Part shown: in pieces, positions 53,022 to 63,358 of the stretch
Numbering within the stretch: the stretch's first letter is position 1
Layout of the letters: the number at the start of each line of letters is the position of its first letter
Source of the DNA: Candidatus Bathyarchaeota archaeon
GTDB lineage: Archaea > Thermoproteota > Bathyarchaeia > Bathyarchaeales > Bathycorpusculaceae
Length of the DNA: 64,000 nucleotides
Reading direction: 5' to 3'
Assembly: GCA_963733095.1 (NCBI GenBank)
Contig: CAVTBV010000013.1
Span: forward strand, 416,001 to 480,000
Notes under the pieces: generated by a model
Seen by the model: the letters and a program-made list of their open reading frames with translations, nothing else
Told to the model about the DNA's origin: nothing
Database searches by the model: none
Position numbers and translations under genes: made by a program

Positions 53022-54062
53022 TCATCGATTCTTTACGAGGAATTCTAATTCTTTTCCATTCTCTTGTATTTCAATGCGTATTTTTTCCAAGTCTAACATG
53101 TCATTTGTAACTTCATAGCTTATTAGCCGTGCAAGTGAGTAATTTACGATTTCGTCACTCATAGAGTAGAGGAGTGCACCTTTTCTCCACTTGATTACTT
53201 TGATTGGTTTGGCATCTGTTGGACTGCTTATTGTTATACCTGAGTCATTCAATTGTTTTATTACTTCTTCAAGGGTTTGTTGATTTTTTCTGTATTTTGT
53301 CAAGTCCTTCACTTGTTCGAATGTATTACTATTTTTTGATATGTGGATTGTTTCTTTGGATTTTTCACGCTCATCCCATTGGTGTATTGTCAGCAATGGC
53401 AACCTTTGGTCAAGCATGTAGAGTTGGCTATTAGATGCTAACCCGACTGCAACGTGGTTTGTTGTATGAGCAAAGTAGAGGTCTGATGTAGGGTAGAGAT
53501 TAGATAGCAAACAAGCGGTCAATTTTGCGTAATCTCTGCAAACACTTAAGCGATTTTCTATAATATCATCTATTTTGACGCTAGGTCTAAGTGTGTTCCA
53601 GAACTGACTTATTGCAAGTCTTCTACCATAACATAGGTACATCAAAGAGATAGCCACAGTTGTTATCAACTCTACCCCAAACCCTATAACAAAAGAAGAG
53701 GCTATCGACCAAACATTGAACCCATACACAAATAGAGTGTATGGAACAACAAGACTTACAACTAATCCTATCAGTGAAGCACCTAAAATCAGAGGTATTG
53801 GATATCTTTCAATCCAGAACTTCATGTTTCTGTGTTGCCACTCTAAAATATTTGTAAGTGTTTCCTTGTCTGACTTACCTTCAAGTTGATGCGCCAAGTC
53901 TTTTACTTTGTCACTTGCTATCTCCTCTAAAGTTGGGACTGGTCCGCCTTTCCACGCTTCCCCATTAGACCTGAGCAATTTAACAAGAAAGAAGACAAGT
54001 AGTACGGTCAATGCTATTGAGATGATAATGATTAAATAAGCTAATAGGTTGAGTACATCCAT
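53022..54062 (-). CDS. Membrane-bound transglutaminase-like protein
   Basis: Catalytic triad motifs VCRDYAK, NHVAVG, LDQ; three TM helices. Confidence 0.8.
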   Translation of the reverse strand: MDVLNLLAYLIIIISIALTVLLVFFLVKLLRSNGEAWKGGPVPTLEEIASDKVKDLAHQLEGKSDKETLTNILEWQHRNMKFWIERYPIPLILGASLIGLVVSLVVPYTLFVYGFNVWSIASSFVIGFGVELITTVAISLMYLCYGRRLAISQFWNTLRPSVKIDDIIENRLSVCRDYAKLTACLLSNLYPTSDLYFAHTTNHVAVGLASNSQLYMLDQRLPLLTIHQWDEREKSKETIHISKNSNTFEQVKDLTKYRKNQQTLEEVIKQLNDSGITISSPTDAKPIKVIKWRKGALLYSMSDEIVNYSLARLISYEVTNDMLDLEKIRIEIQENGKELEFLVKNR

Positions 54063-54118
54063 AAGGCTATTTACTGAGGAGATTACTTTAAAGACTTGCC
54101 AAATCTGTTATCGATTTG

Positions 54119-54598
54119 TTAGAAATGCCATCTTTGGTTATCTAGTTGTATGCTGATATGTTTGATTTTTGGGTCTTTCAGATACTCCTGTTTTATTACC
54201 TTGCTCATTTTCCATTGCTCAACAGCTTTTCCACCGTGATACTTATCAAATGTGTTAAGGTCTACTAGGTAGAGGTCTGCGCCTTCCTCATTTTCTGAGT
54301 AGATGGCAACCCACGGCTCACAACCAAAACACTCACATGCATCTAAGAGCTTCTTTCTATCATTTTTTCTTAAAGAGAAGACGTTAACTGATGCCTTTAC
54401 GGTATCTGAACCTCTTGTTCTTGACTTCACCGTTATACCTAAACGCTTCTTGTTGACTTTGTCATAAGCAATTATGTCGATGCCTGTATGGTCAACTCTT
54501 AGTACCTCAAAGTTTGATTTGGATAGTGAATCACAAACAAAGTGCTCACCGAATTCACCGATGATTTTTGAATGTCTTGTGCTTTTCGATATGACCAT
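54119..54598 (-). CDS. PD-(D/E)XK (Hjc-like) nuclease
   Basis: GEFGEHFV..GIDIIA..GITVKSR. Confidence 0.7.
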   Translation of the reverse strand: MVISKSTRHSKIIGEFGEHFVCDSLSKSNFEVLRVDHTGIDIIAYDKVNKKRLGITVKSRTRGSDTVKASVNVFSLRKNDRKKLLDACECFGCEPWVAIYSENEEGADLYLVDLNTFDKYHGGKAVEQWKMSKVIKQEYLKDPKIKHISIQLDNQRWHF

Positions 54599-54940
54599 AT
54601 CGATCTTTGGAATCTTTGGTCCATGCGCTTAAGTGCTTTTTGGAGTGGGACCGCAGCAATTTCCAATCAATAGCTAACGATAGAGTAGGTGTAGTTTGGG
54701 GCATAACTAAAGAAGAGTTCTTTTATGTCTTAAAGGCAGGGGATGACCATATTCCTTCTCAAACACGACAAAAATCCCACGTTGATTCTATTACCGAGTT
54801 AATAAGAAGTCAAACGAACTGTCAAGAACTAATCAATCAAGAGCTCAAACAATAATAAGATAGTAGGGGAACAGAGAAAAAATGGTTTCGCATGTTCAAG
54901 CTTTTAAGCAAGCGGTTGCTAATATCGTAGGGGGAAATGT

Positions 54941-55351
54941 GTGGATAAAAAACCAATAACCGTCGCCGAAGCAGGAAGGCTAGGCGGAAGAAAAACCGCG
55001 GCAACCCATGGACGCGAGTTCTACGAAGAGATAGGACGCAAAGGCGGACAAAAAGTTTCTAAAAATCATGGTTCAGAGTTCTACAGTGAAATCGGCAGTA
55101 AAGGTGGCAGTGTACGCGCCAAACAGCATGAAGGCTCTAAAGAAGCCCGGGGCAAAGTCAGCTTAGAGGAAGCAGGCCAACGCGGAGGGCAACGAATGAA
55201 ACGCTTAATCGATTTAGGAAAAAAAGCGAGAAAGAATAGCTGGGATTGTGCTAAGATAAAAATGGGTTGTGTGAGTGATATCTCCACTTTCGCTTGGGCT
55301 CAATCCCTCCCCAGTCAAGTGACAAGATGTTTCTATCAGTCTACACGATAG
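54941..55351 (+). CDS. KGG-repeat (GsiB/Em-like) general stress protein
   Basis: EAGRLGG, FYEEIGRKGG, FYSEIGSKGG, EAGQRGG; C-terminal extension probably aberrant. Confidence 0.8.
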   Translation: MDKKPITVAEAGRLGGRKTAATHGREFYEEIGRKGGQKVSKNHGSEFYSEIGSKGGSVRAKQHEGSKEARGKVSLEEAGQRGGQRMKRLIDLGKKARKNSWDCAKIKMGCVSDISTFAWAQSLPSQVTRCFYQSTR

Positions 55352-55467
55352 GCAATAGAATTAAAATTTAAGCCCACACACTATGTCAACGGTTACAAAG
55401 GTTAGGTTTCAACCCGTTTTGCAGAGTAACACGCTAAATAAAATAGGAAATAGGAATTTAGTTCTTA

Positions 55468-56577
55468 GCGCGCTGCCTTGTCCCGATATTACGTGTTGAA
55501 ATAGGTTGGTGACACTGCTTTATCATATCTTCTTATGTTTTCGGCTGCTTCTCTGTTTAGAACCAAGCACAGGATGCTAAAGAGCGCGTATGAAGCTACG
55601 TTGCCCAAGCCCCTAACTTTGTTGACGGTTAGGCTGTACTGCGTCTTTAGGAAACTGTAAACTGCTTCAACATGAGGCCTCTTATGACACTCAATCTTCT
55701 CGTCTTCTGGACCAAAGGTACGAAATTTCTTATCCACCCTTAGCAAGCCCTCAACATCACGTTTCTGGTTTGCACGATATGGAATAACCGCTGCATTGAC
55801 AGCGTTTCTGAGTTTGCCGTCACTGTACTGACTGTCTGCTATCACGCTTTTCAACTTGGCCGCAGACTGCTTGAGAATCAGCTCAGTTTTCTTCAATATA
55901 TTGAGCGAGTGTTTCTGCTCGTTCTGGTTGGCAGAAGCAAAAGTGCAGGCTAAAGGAAGCATAGTCTTTGAATCGATTGATTAGTGAAGCTTATAGCCTA
56001 GTCCGAAGGATCTGCCTGAGCGTCCGACTCTGGCTTCTTTGTCTGAATAGCCAGTCTGGCTGTCCAATGGATCGCGTGTGCTCCAGGCTTTTATGAAGGA
56101 AGCATCAAACACGGAATCTACGCATGCTGCGCCGTTTTGTTTCAAGAGCTTGACAACTTTTTCTTCTATTATTTTGATGAGGCAGGTTTCTCCGAGTTTG
56201 CGGATGAATCTGCTTAGAACACTTCTTGTGTAGCCTTTCTGGCCTGGTTTGATGAGGCAAAGTTTTCTGAGCCTTAGATCCGTGTCTAGGAGTCTGGTCA
56301 TTTCTCTTAGGCTGCGAATGCCCTTCATTTTCATGATGATGAATGTTCTGAAGAGGCCTAATGGGTTTCTGGGATGTCTGCCTGGTCCAGAAGTGTGGAA
56401 ACAACCGCGTAAAACGGTTTGGGCAAAGTTTAAGTCGATGTTTCGAAAGAGGGTTTCTAGGGTCTCGTGTTCATCTTGTCCCGCTTGGGGTCACCTCCTA
56501 AGCTTGGACGTTTCTCAAAAAATACGAGACCCCGACTAAAACATAAACTTTAGTAATTTCGGGACAAACCAGCGCGC
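55468..56577 (-). mobile_element. IS5/IS4-like insertion sequence, copy 2 (pseudo-transposase 55489-56494)
   Basis: Paralog of 36460-37464 with an in-frame TAA at 55981 and a 5' frameshift; TIRs gcgcgctgccttgtcccgatatta / taatttcgggacaaaccagcgcgc. Confidence 0.9.
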
Positions 56578-56636
56578 TTGCGACTTTTGGGTTTCTGAAA
56601 AAAGAAGAAATAGTAGTTGTCATTTAACAAATCTCT

Positions 56637-57476
56637 ATGCGACTACTCTTCAAAGAAGCAATAAAGACTTGCTTCAATCCACCAGAAGACCGACTAAAGA
56701 GACTAAACACATGGGTAGATAACTCAAACTTGGCAAGAGATCCAGCGAAACCAAACTTAGAAGCTCACCTAAACCAATACGACAAAGCTGAAGAACTCAT
56801 AACTTTCTACACCTTCGCACCATTAGTGGTAAGCTTAAACAAAGCAGGTCTAACCAACAGGATACTCTCCTTAGCCAAAGTGAGTGCATATGAAGAAAAT
56901 AATGCCGATGTATCTTTGGAAAGACAATTCAACCCACCTAAAGGCTATCTCAAATGGATAAAAGATAACATTAGAAATCACCCTGTGAGGTACATAAGAG
57001 AAAAAGCGAATGTGTATAAACCAAACCAACGTTTGGAATCAAATACTCATGTTGATGCATTCATTGAGACCGACAAGTTGCTTATCTTTTTTGAAATAAA
57101 GTTCACTTCAGATATCTCTCCAAGCACAACTTTCAATCCTTGTAGAAATCAATTGGCAAGACTCGTTGATGTCGGATTAACAGTCAATGAGCACAATGGC
57201 AAAGAAGTTCTGGTTATTCTATCGAGTCCACGCAGATTCTTCGAAAGCAAGAGCAGACTCTACTATTACAAAATCAAGGATTACACCGACCCAGTAAAGA
57301 TAAAAGAAGACATTGAGTGGAGAAGTCTCTCAACTATTAGAGATAATGTCTTAGCAGTTAGGTGGATTGCGCTCGAAGACCTCATAGACGTTTTCTATAG
57401 AGACTTCGAGCATGAAGATAAGAAAGAAGCGTTAGAGTTCTTCAAAGAGAGAAACCTTTTGTCAAGTGTTACATAA
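56637..57476 (+). CDS. PD-(D/E)XK nuclease-like protein
   Basis: THVDAFIE..IFFEIKF..RNQLAR. Confidence 0.7.
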   Translation: MRLLFKEAIKTCFNPPEDRLKRLNTWVDNSNLARDPAKPNLEAHLNQYDKAEELITFYTFAPLVVSLNKAGLTNRILSLAKVSAYEENNADVSLERQFNPPKGYLKWIKDNIRNHPVRYIREKANVYKPNQRLESNTHVDAFIETDKLLIFFEIKFTSDISPSTTFNPCRNQLARLVDVGLTVNEHNGKEVLVILSSPRRFFESKSRLYYYKIKDYTDPVKIKEDIEWRSLSTIRDNVLAVRWIALEDLIDVFYRDFEHEDKKEALEFFKERNLLSSVT

Positions 57477-57746
57477 CACAAAATTCTACTTTTTATTTAC
57501 TATTATCTCTAGTTTGCCAAAGGATAAGGTCAATTTTCTTAGTGTTATGTTGAATCTAAAGCCTCTAAAAAAGCGCCTATGAGACTGTTACAGAAGAAGA
57601 TGCAGAAGAAAAAAGGTCGCAATTGCAGAGTGGAAACAGGACTTCTTGACTGAGATAAATCCACGAACCTACCCAATTGCACTTGCGTTAGTGGGTGCGA
57701 TAAAAATTGGAATATGTGCTAATGGTTACTTATTCAAAAAATTGAG

Positions 57747-58976
57747 CTATACCCAAATAGAATAAGTAGTTAGAGAATCAGCCGTACTATCCCCTGTAAT
57801 AACATACAGAGTATAAACACCTTTTCCGTAAGAAGCTACTGCTTGAGAAAATGAGAACCCAATTTGGAAACTATTTCCATTTTGGCTCCAGGTATCAGCC
57901 ACTATTCCTTTTACACTTATTCCGCTCCAATCATAGTATTGGTCGGAAGGTAAGGGAGGCACGATGATTGCGACATCTGTTCCGGCGTCATAACTATGCT
58001 GGTATGGGTCATGGTTTAATTGATTTACAGTTAAAGGCGCTGGATTGTCATAGTAGATGTCAATTTGTTTGATACTTGTTTGAGTCTGCAAAACTCCTTG
58101 CATTGTCACTTGGTTGCCATTAACACTCAGTTGACTCCATGATATATAATCATCTTCAAAATCTTGTACAAGATACACGTTGTTTGCGTCAAACGCAATT
58201 CCTATGCTTACTTCATTGTGCAAAGGGTTTAAAATGTTGTCTTTATGTCCCCAATTTGAAGATGCGTCATCATACATCATACTATTTTCCATATCCTTCA
58301 GAGCTTGTTTGAGGCTGGAATAATATCCTAATATAGCAGCGCAGTTTTCCGCAACTGCCCCTTTACCACCTGCTAGCGTGTATCGCATATAGGGTTTGTA
58401 ACCGTTCATATCCCAATGGCTAAAGTAAACATTTTTTAGCATTTCATTTGCATGATTTTGACCTGAGTTAATGCTGCTTAATGTCACATTTTGTAGCCCA
58501 TTTGCTTGCCTATCAGTATTAATCAAAAAAAGGGCATAGTTGGCAAGGTCGGAATCGGCTTGTAGTTGAGCTTGCGGTATAGGCGTTGATGTGACAAATG
58601 GATTTGTATATGGAGTTGGGGTAGGATTTGGAGTTGACGAAGATAAAATTGTATTACTTGTATCAGTGGTGAAGAAAGGGAGCTTAACTATAGAGACTAA
58701 CAAGGCTACTGAAGCTATTAAGACAACTGCTATGAGGATAGCAGCGAGGGCTTTTTTGTTACTTTTTTTTCCGTTTCTAAATTTAGTTGTCGGTCTCGGT
58801 ACAACTTCTCCATAGTGAGAAAAATTTCGGGAGAGAATGTAATTTGGGGAAGCGAAAGGTTTTCTTTTACAATTGTGGCTTTCAGGAATGCGATGGTGAG
58901 CACAGAAATAACTGCCACAATAAGCACACTTAAATGGCATCTCAACGTATTTTCCACAGACTTCACAGCGCCCCAT
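57747..58976 (-). CDS. AN1 zinc finger + TM + CAP (SCP) domain protein
   Basis: CEVC..CAYCGSYFCAHHRIPESHNC; INTDR, HANEM..YFSHW, AEN, GHKDNIL. Confidence 0.9.
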   Translation of the reverse strand: MGRCEVCGKYVEMPFKCAYCGSYFCAHHRIPESHNCKRKPFASPNYILSRNFSHYGEVVPRPTTKFRNGKKSNKKALAAILIAVVLIASVALLVSIVKLPFFTTDTSNTILSSSTPNPTPTPYTNPFVTSTPIPQAQLQADSDLANYALFLINTDRQANGLQNVTLSSINSGQNHANEMLKNVYFSHWDMNGYKPYMRYTLAGGKGAVAENCAAILGYYSSLKQALKDMENSMMYDDASSNWGHKDNILNPLHNEVSIGIAFDANNVYLVQDFEDDYISWSQLSVNGNQVTMQGVLQTQTSIKQIDIYYDNPAPLTVNQLNHDPYQHSYDAGTDVAIIVPPLPSDQYYDWSGISVKGIVADTWSQNGNSFQIGFSFSQAVASYGKGVYTLYVITGDSTADSLTTYSIWV

Positions 58977-59114
58977 AACCTAATTCCTCTGTGCATCTAA
59001 ATGAGACTTAACTTGTTTTAACTATTGTTCAATTTTGTTTAAAAGACCTATCTGACTAAAAAATATAAGAAAGGTTTTCAGCAGTTATATGGGTCACAAC
59101 AGCGCGTCGCTTTG

Positions 59115-59543
59115 TTAACTAATCTTTTTCAATTGAATGGGTTCTATTTTCTCTTTTATTTTGTTAGGTTGAATGAGCCATCTTGTTTCTGGCAGTTTGT
59201 TTGCTTCAAAAATGTTGTAATCAAATATCCTTAATTTAGGTTCAGATAACATATCATAAACATTGTAGATAAAGAAAGAACCCTGTTTCAACTTACCAGC
59301 GTCACGAATAGACTTCAATGCTTGTTCTGTCATTCGTATGTTAGTTTCTCTTTTCAAGCAACCTTTAACATCGATATACTTACCCTTAGAAATAATATCA
59401 GCTCCATGTTTCTGTCTTTCTGGTTTTTCTCCCTTACTCTTCAAAAAGTTCATAACATAGTTAATTGCCAAGTCTTCAATTTCTTTAGTTGATAAATTTC
59501 TTTTTTCTGTGTTAGCATCGCTCTTAGATAGCGTATTAGCCAA
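59115..59543 (-). CDS. DUF3883/NOV-C-like PD-(D/E)XK nuclease
   Basis: IEDLAINYV..GADIIS..IDVKG. Confidence 0.7.
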   Translation of the reverse strand: MANTLSKSDANTEKRNLSTKEIEDLAINYVMNFLKSKGEKPERQKHGADIISKGKYIDVKGCLKRETNIRMTEQALKSIRDAGKLKQGSFFIYNVYDMLSEPKLRIFDYNIFEANKLPETRWLIQPNKIKEKIEPIQLKKIS

Positions 59544-59770
59544 AGACAGCCCTCGATTGCTATATGGTGCTTTTGATATTTAGATTTTAGCAATAAAAAA
59601 ATAGCTTCAACTAAATCTTATGTGAAAAAGCACTCAAAGGTAATTCGTAACCTCTGCCATCCTTCGGTTTCCCTAAGCGCCGTTTTTTGCAGTAGGTGTA
59701 AGGCGCTGCTCGCTGCTCAGGATAATTGTGTCGTTTGCCTTTGTCGGGCGCGGTGTTCACGCTTACGACT

Positions 59771-59809
59771 TTTAAAACCTGAAACCGTAAACTCGGCTTC
59801 ACCAGTCAA
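59771..59809 (-). promoter_or_regulatory. Repeated promoter-like element: palindrome GAAGCCG-N6-CGGTTTC next to TTTTAAA
   Basis: 33/39 identical to 63022-63060. Confidence 0.6.
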
Positions 59810-59927
59810 CTAAAGAAGCCTCCAAAAAAAGAAAAAGAGAGTTGTGTACGGAGTGGAGACATCACCAAAAAATTATCGTGCACTTTAATGTGTATTAAAA
59901 AAAGAAAAGGGAAAGTTGTTTTGGTTT

Positions 59928-62648
59928 TTATGGTTTTTTCCTAAATAGCAGTAGCCCAAGAATTGCACCGACTACAATTATAACAACGATTATTGCAGCG
60001 ACTGCGGGGATAAAGTATTGATCAGCTACGGACGGCGATCCTGTGGTTGGTGTTGGTATTATTGCAGGTGTTTCACTTGCATAGAATGCAGTAGATGCTG
60101 AAGAACCGAAGTACGAGTTGGAGCCTGCAAAAGTCGCGTAGACGGTGAATGATCCGGATATGTCGGGTGTCCAAGTGAAAGAATAGTCGCCTAAAGCGTT
60201 CGTCGTTGCCGTTCCGATTGATCTATAGTTGCCGTTAGAGTCTATGACCGATAGTGTGACCAGAACGCCTGTAATGTTGTTTGGCATCGACTGCTGCTCA
60301 TAGACAGCCTCCATAAACGCCTGCTGGCTTTCGTCAGATACTGCTGGTAAGCCATTTGGGAAGTTTGCTGCAACCGCATTTTGTTGCGAACCGGCAGAAA
60401 TGTCCATGACTGTGCCTGTTATTGTTACTGGAGTGGTAGTGGTTGCTCCTATGCGTGGTGCAGTAACAGTTGTCTTGCTTGGTCCTTTGCCTATGCAGTA
60501 TATTTGCGCGTCGTATGCGTTGAAGGCTGTGATATAGCCGTCTGCGACGACGGCATCCCATACGCCGCTTTCTCCAATTGCTTCACGCGCAGTTCCCCAA
60601 TTGAGAAGTCTCCATAGTTCCGCTCCGTTTGATGAGTTGAGGCAAACTAGGTAGTATCCTTGTTCTAGTGGTGAATTAGGTGAATGGTCGCTTGAATCAA
60701 AGACAAGTTTTCCATCTGCAGTAAATTCCAAGTTCATCGGGTTGTTGCCATAGAAACTTGTGTCTGCGCCGCCGGCTTTATCAGTGTATGTCCATAAGGT
60801 TTTTCCAGTTGTTACGTTGTATGCAGTTACTACTCCACTGTAGCCCCAGCTTATGAGCATGCCTTCATAGAAGACGTTTGGCATTGAGTCAAAGTAGTTA
60901 AATGCTGATTCAGGCTCAGTTGGTCCCCAAAGCATTTCTCCTGTTTCAAGGCTGTAACCCCAGCGTTTTAAAGTCAGTCCTTCAGCGAAGGTGAAGACGC
61001 CGTTTGCTAAATCTATGCCATCTAGTCCCACTTGATAGCGATGTTTAACCAATCCATTATTGCTTGCGTACGTACCGAATTGGTCTGTAAATACGCCACC
61101 GAGTACATCCGCAACTACGTTAGGCATTACTGTTTCTGGCGGGGTAAAGGATATGTTCCACAACAGTCTTCCAGCATCTTCTTGCTTCACGCTTAAAGCC
61201 CATAAGTTGCCTTTTACGATGGTTGTGGAGTTGTGTATTCCTCCAACGCCTCCTACCACGTACTGATCTGGTTCAATATCGAGAATGGTTCCTGTCACTG
61301 CCGACGGTATTGATACGTTGATCGACCAGCCTGTATCTCCGTTTTTCACGAAATTCTGTTCAGGATAGTAGTTGCCGTATAGCTGATTACCTTGTGCAAC
61401 ATTTGGTGTTATGCCCATTGTTTCGATTTGAGATGTGTTCCAACATTGCAAGTACTGTACTCCGCCTATCTTAGTAAGACCATATCTTAGTATGCTTCCG
61501 TCATTGCCGTATGCTGGAAATCCGGTGGCTGACACGTTGGCTATTATGGCTACCGGGCTGTAAGTGTATCCATCAAGCATTTCCCAAGTTTGAGTGCCTG
61601 ATCTGCTTGTGTAACCGGATGGCAATGTGACGCCTCTGGTTATCCACACGTAGGGGAAACCGCCGTGCTGGTTAGCTGAGTCATATTCGTATATTGAAGC
61701 AAAATCTGGTTGCTCAGCATATGGGCCAGCACCAGTTATCGTTGCTGTTCTTGTGGTGTTAAAGAAATTTATCGTCTCACCTGTATATAGGTCAACGACG
61801 TACCAACCGGCGATTGATCCAGCTGTGTCATAATTGGAGTAGATGAGTCTTCCATTGAGGATTATTGGCGGGTATAGCTTAAGTCCCTCGTAGAGTATTG
61901 ATGCATATCCGTTTGTTCCAAGTCGTGCGTCCATTATGCCTCCAGCCCAAAGAGGGCGTGTCCACATTATGTGCGGGCTCCCGGGAACTTGACTTGTGGA
62001 AGTAAGGCGAGGAAGGTCTAGAGCATTGTTGTCTATTTCCCAGTGGCTAGTTTGCGCTGCACTGTTGAAACCTAACCAGTTCGATGCTATTGAGTACCAG
62101 TTTCTGTTGTTTTGGTTTATTGGGACTTGCCAATATGCCGTTGGAAGTGCAGGTTCTTGCCATGTTGGTATCGGGTCTGATTGAACTGTGACGTTTATCG
62201 GATTACTGTTGCTTGGTAATATGATGTCTCCGACAGAAGATGGATTAGCCGAACTTGCAGGAAGACCCGTAAGAGTTATCCCTTGAAATTTCGCCACGAA
62301 AGTGTAAATGCCTGCTTCAGTAGGAATGTAGTTAGCCGCAGCATTCCCTCCGACATCAGACTTGAAGGGTCCAATTGTTTCGTTTGTTCCGTCAGGTTTC
62401 ATAACAACAACCATAAAGCTGTATACGTCGTTGTCAGCGCCAGTTGGGGGACTTGGTCGTGTCCACATATCAACGCGTATTATTTGACCAACGCCTATAG
62501 GGCTTGGTCCCACCGATAGAAGTGTCCAGCTAGGAACTTCCCATGCCGGGGTGTGCGCGTTAGTAGTCGGTATCATTAGAATTAATGTACTTGCAGTCAT
62601 CACTATTATTAGCGCAGTTGTTAAAATTTTTTTATTTATATTTTGCAT
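59928..62648 (-). CDS. PQQ-like beta-propeller surface protein (paralog 3)
   Basis: 906 aa; PSPIGVGQ, HIMWTRP, GKGPS, FPNGLPAVSD, TWTPDI, C-terminal TM. Confidence 0.9.
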   Translation of the reverse strand: MQNINKKILTTALIIVMTASTLILMIPTTNAHTPAWEVPSWTLLSVGPSPIGVGQIIRVDMWTRPSPPTGADNDVYSFMVVVMKPDGTNETIGPFKSDVGGNAAANYIPTEAGIYTFVAKFQGITLTGLPASSANPSSVGDIILPSNSNPINVTVQSDPIPTWQEPALPTAYWQVPINQNNRNWYSIASNWLGFNSAAQTSHWEIDNNALDLPRLTSTSQVPGSPHIMWTRPLWAGGIMDARLGTNGYASILYEGLKLYPPIILNGRLIYSNYDTAGSIAGWYVVDLYTGETINFFNTTRTATITGAGPYAEQPDFASIYEYDSANQHGGFPYVWITRGVTLPSGYTSRSGTQTWEMLDGYTYSPVAIIANVSATGFPAYGNDGSILRYGLTKIGGVQYLQCWNTSQIETMGITPNVAQGNQLYGNYYPEQNFVKNGDTGWSINVSIPSAVTGTILDIEPDQYVVGGVGGIHNSTTIVKGNLWALSVKQEDAGRLLWNISFTPPETVMPNVVADVLGGVFTDQFGTYASNNGLVKHRYQVGLDGIDLANGVFTFAEGLTLKRWGYSLETGEMLWGPTEPESAFNYFDSMPNVFYEGMLISWGYSGVVTAYNVTTGKTLWTYTDKAGGADTSFYGNNPMNLEFTADGKLVFDSSDHSPNSPLEQGYYLVCLNSSNGAELWRLLNWGTAREAIGESGVWDAVVADGYITAFNAYDAQIYCIGKGPSKTTVTAPRIGATTTTPVTITGTVMDISAGSQQNAVAANFPNGLPAVSDESQQAFMEAVYEQQSMPNNITGVLVTLSVIDSNGNYRSIGTATTNALGDYSFTWTPDISGSFTVYATFAGSNSYFGSSASTAFYASETPAIIPTPTTGSPSVADQYFIPAVAAIIVVIIVVGAILGLLLFRKKP

Positions 62649-63021
62649 TTATTTTCTTCCTTAAGTTATTAGCAAGGCACTTTCGAAAAATATTCCCTTG
62701 CCACTTTTCTAATATGAAACGGTCAATTAATAAAACTTTTGAGAGTACCCACTGGCGCTTTATCTGAACACTATTTTGTCAGTAATAAAAGCGAAAAGAA
62801 GGTTAAACAGAGTGTTAAGATCAACTAAATTTATATTATTCTTCTTTTTCTTCGCTATATTCTCTTAGTAGGTCTCGAATTTCTTTGCGACTTTTTTGAG
62901 ATGATTCATTCAATTCTTTTTTAAAATTGTAGTTACTAAAGTTGAACCTGAATTGTTGACTATGCCACTCTGTTTTAAATCTTTGTTTTTCTTGTTGTGT
63001 CAAGTCAATTCCTCTAAGCGA

Positions 63022-63060
63022 TTTAAAACCCAAAACTGTAAACTCGGCTTCGCTAGACAA
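63022..63060 (-). promoter_or_regulatory. Second copy of the repeated promoter-like element
   Basis: Matches 59771-59809; lies just upstream of the short ORF 62836-63003. Confidence 0.6.
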
Positions 63061-63109
63061 GATAGAAGCCTGCAACAAAAGAAAAAGGGATTTATGCGGG
63101 AGATACAAA

Positions 63110-63358
63110 TTGGAGATTAGAGGTAAAGATTTAACAAACACTATCAGATATTTTGGCAGTCCAAACAGCAAGCTTTTGGAGTCAGATTTTACTGACGAAC
63201 AAAAAAAGGATTTTACAATAAGAAGGGAAATTATTTGGCAATCCGATGATGCAACAGATAAGGAAGTAAACAAAAAAGAAGTTGAATTAATTCTCAAGTA
63301 TAAGTCAAATAATCCAAAAATTGGATATAATAGGTCACCAAAATTCAAAGAAAAGTAA
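63110..63358 (+). pseudogene. GIY-YIG nuclease lacking its N-terminus
   Basis: GKDLTNTIRYFGS...KEVELI..SNNPKIGYN; GIY/YIG motifs absent. Confidence 0.65.

Noticed and set aside
51587-59543. Classical integron cassette array
   Set aside because: No RYYYAAC...GTTRRRY attC hairpins found, gene orientations are mixed, and I could not see the IntI-specific insertion in the integrase.
62836-63348. 170-aa minus-strand ORF as one gene (and similar antisense ORFs such as 146-643, 21608-21877, 29240-29770)
   Set aside because: Shadow frames of real genes or non-coding elements; only 62836-63003 is plausibly coding.
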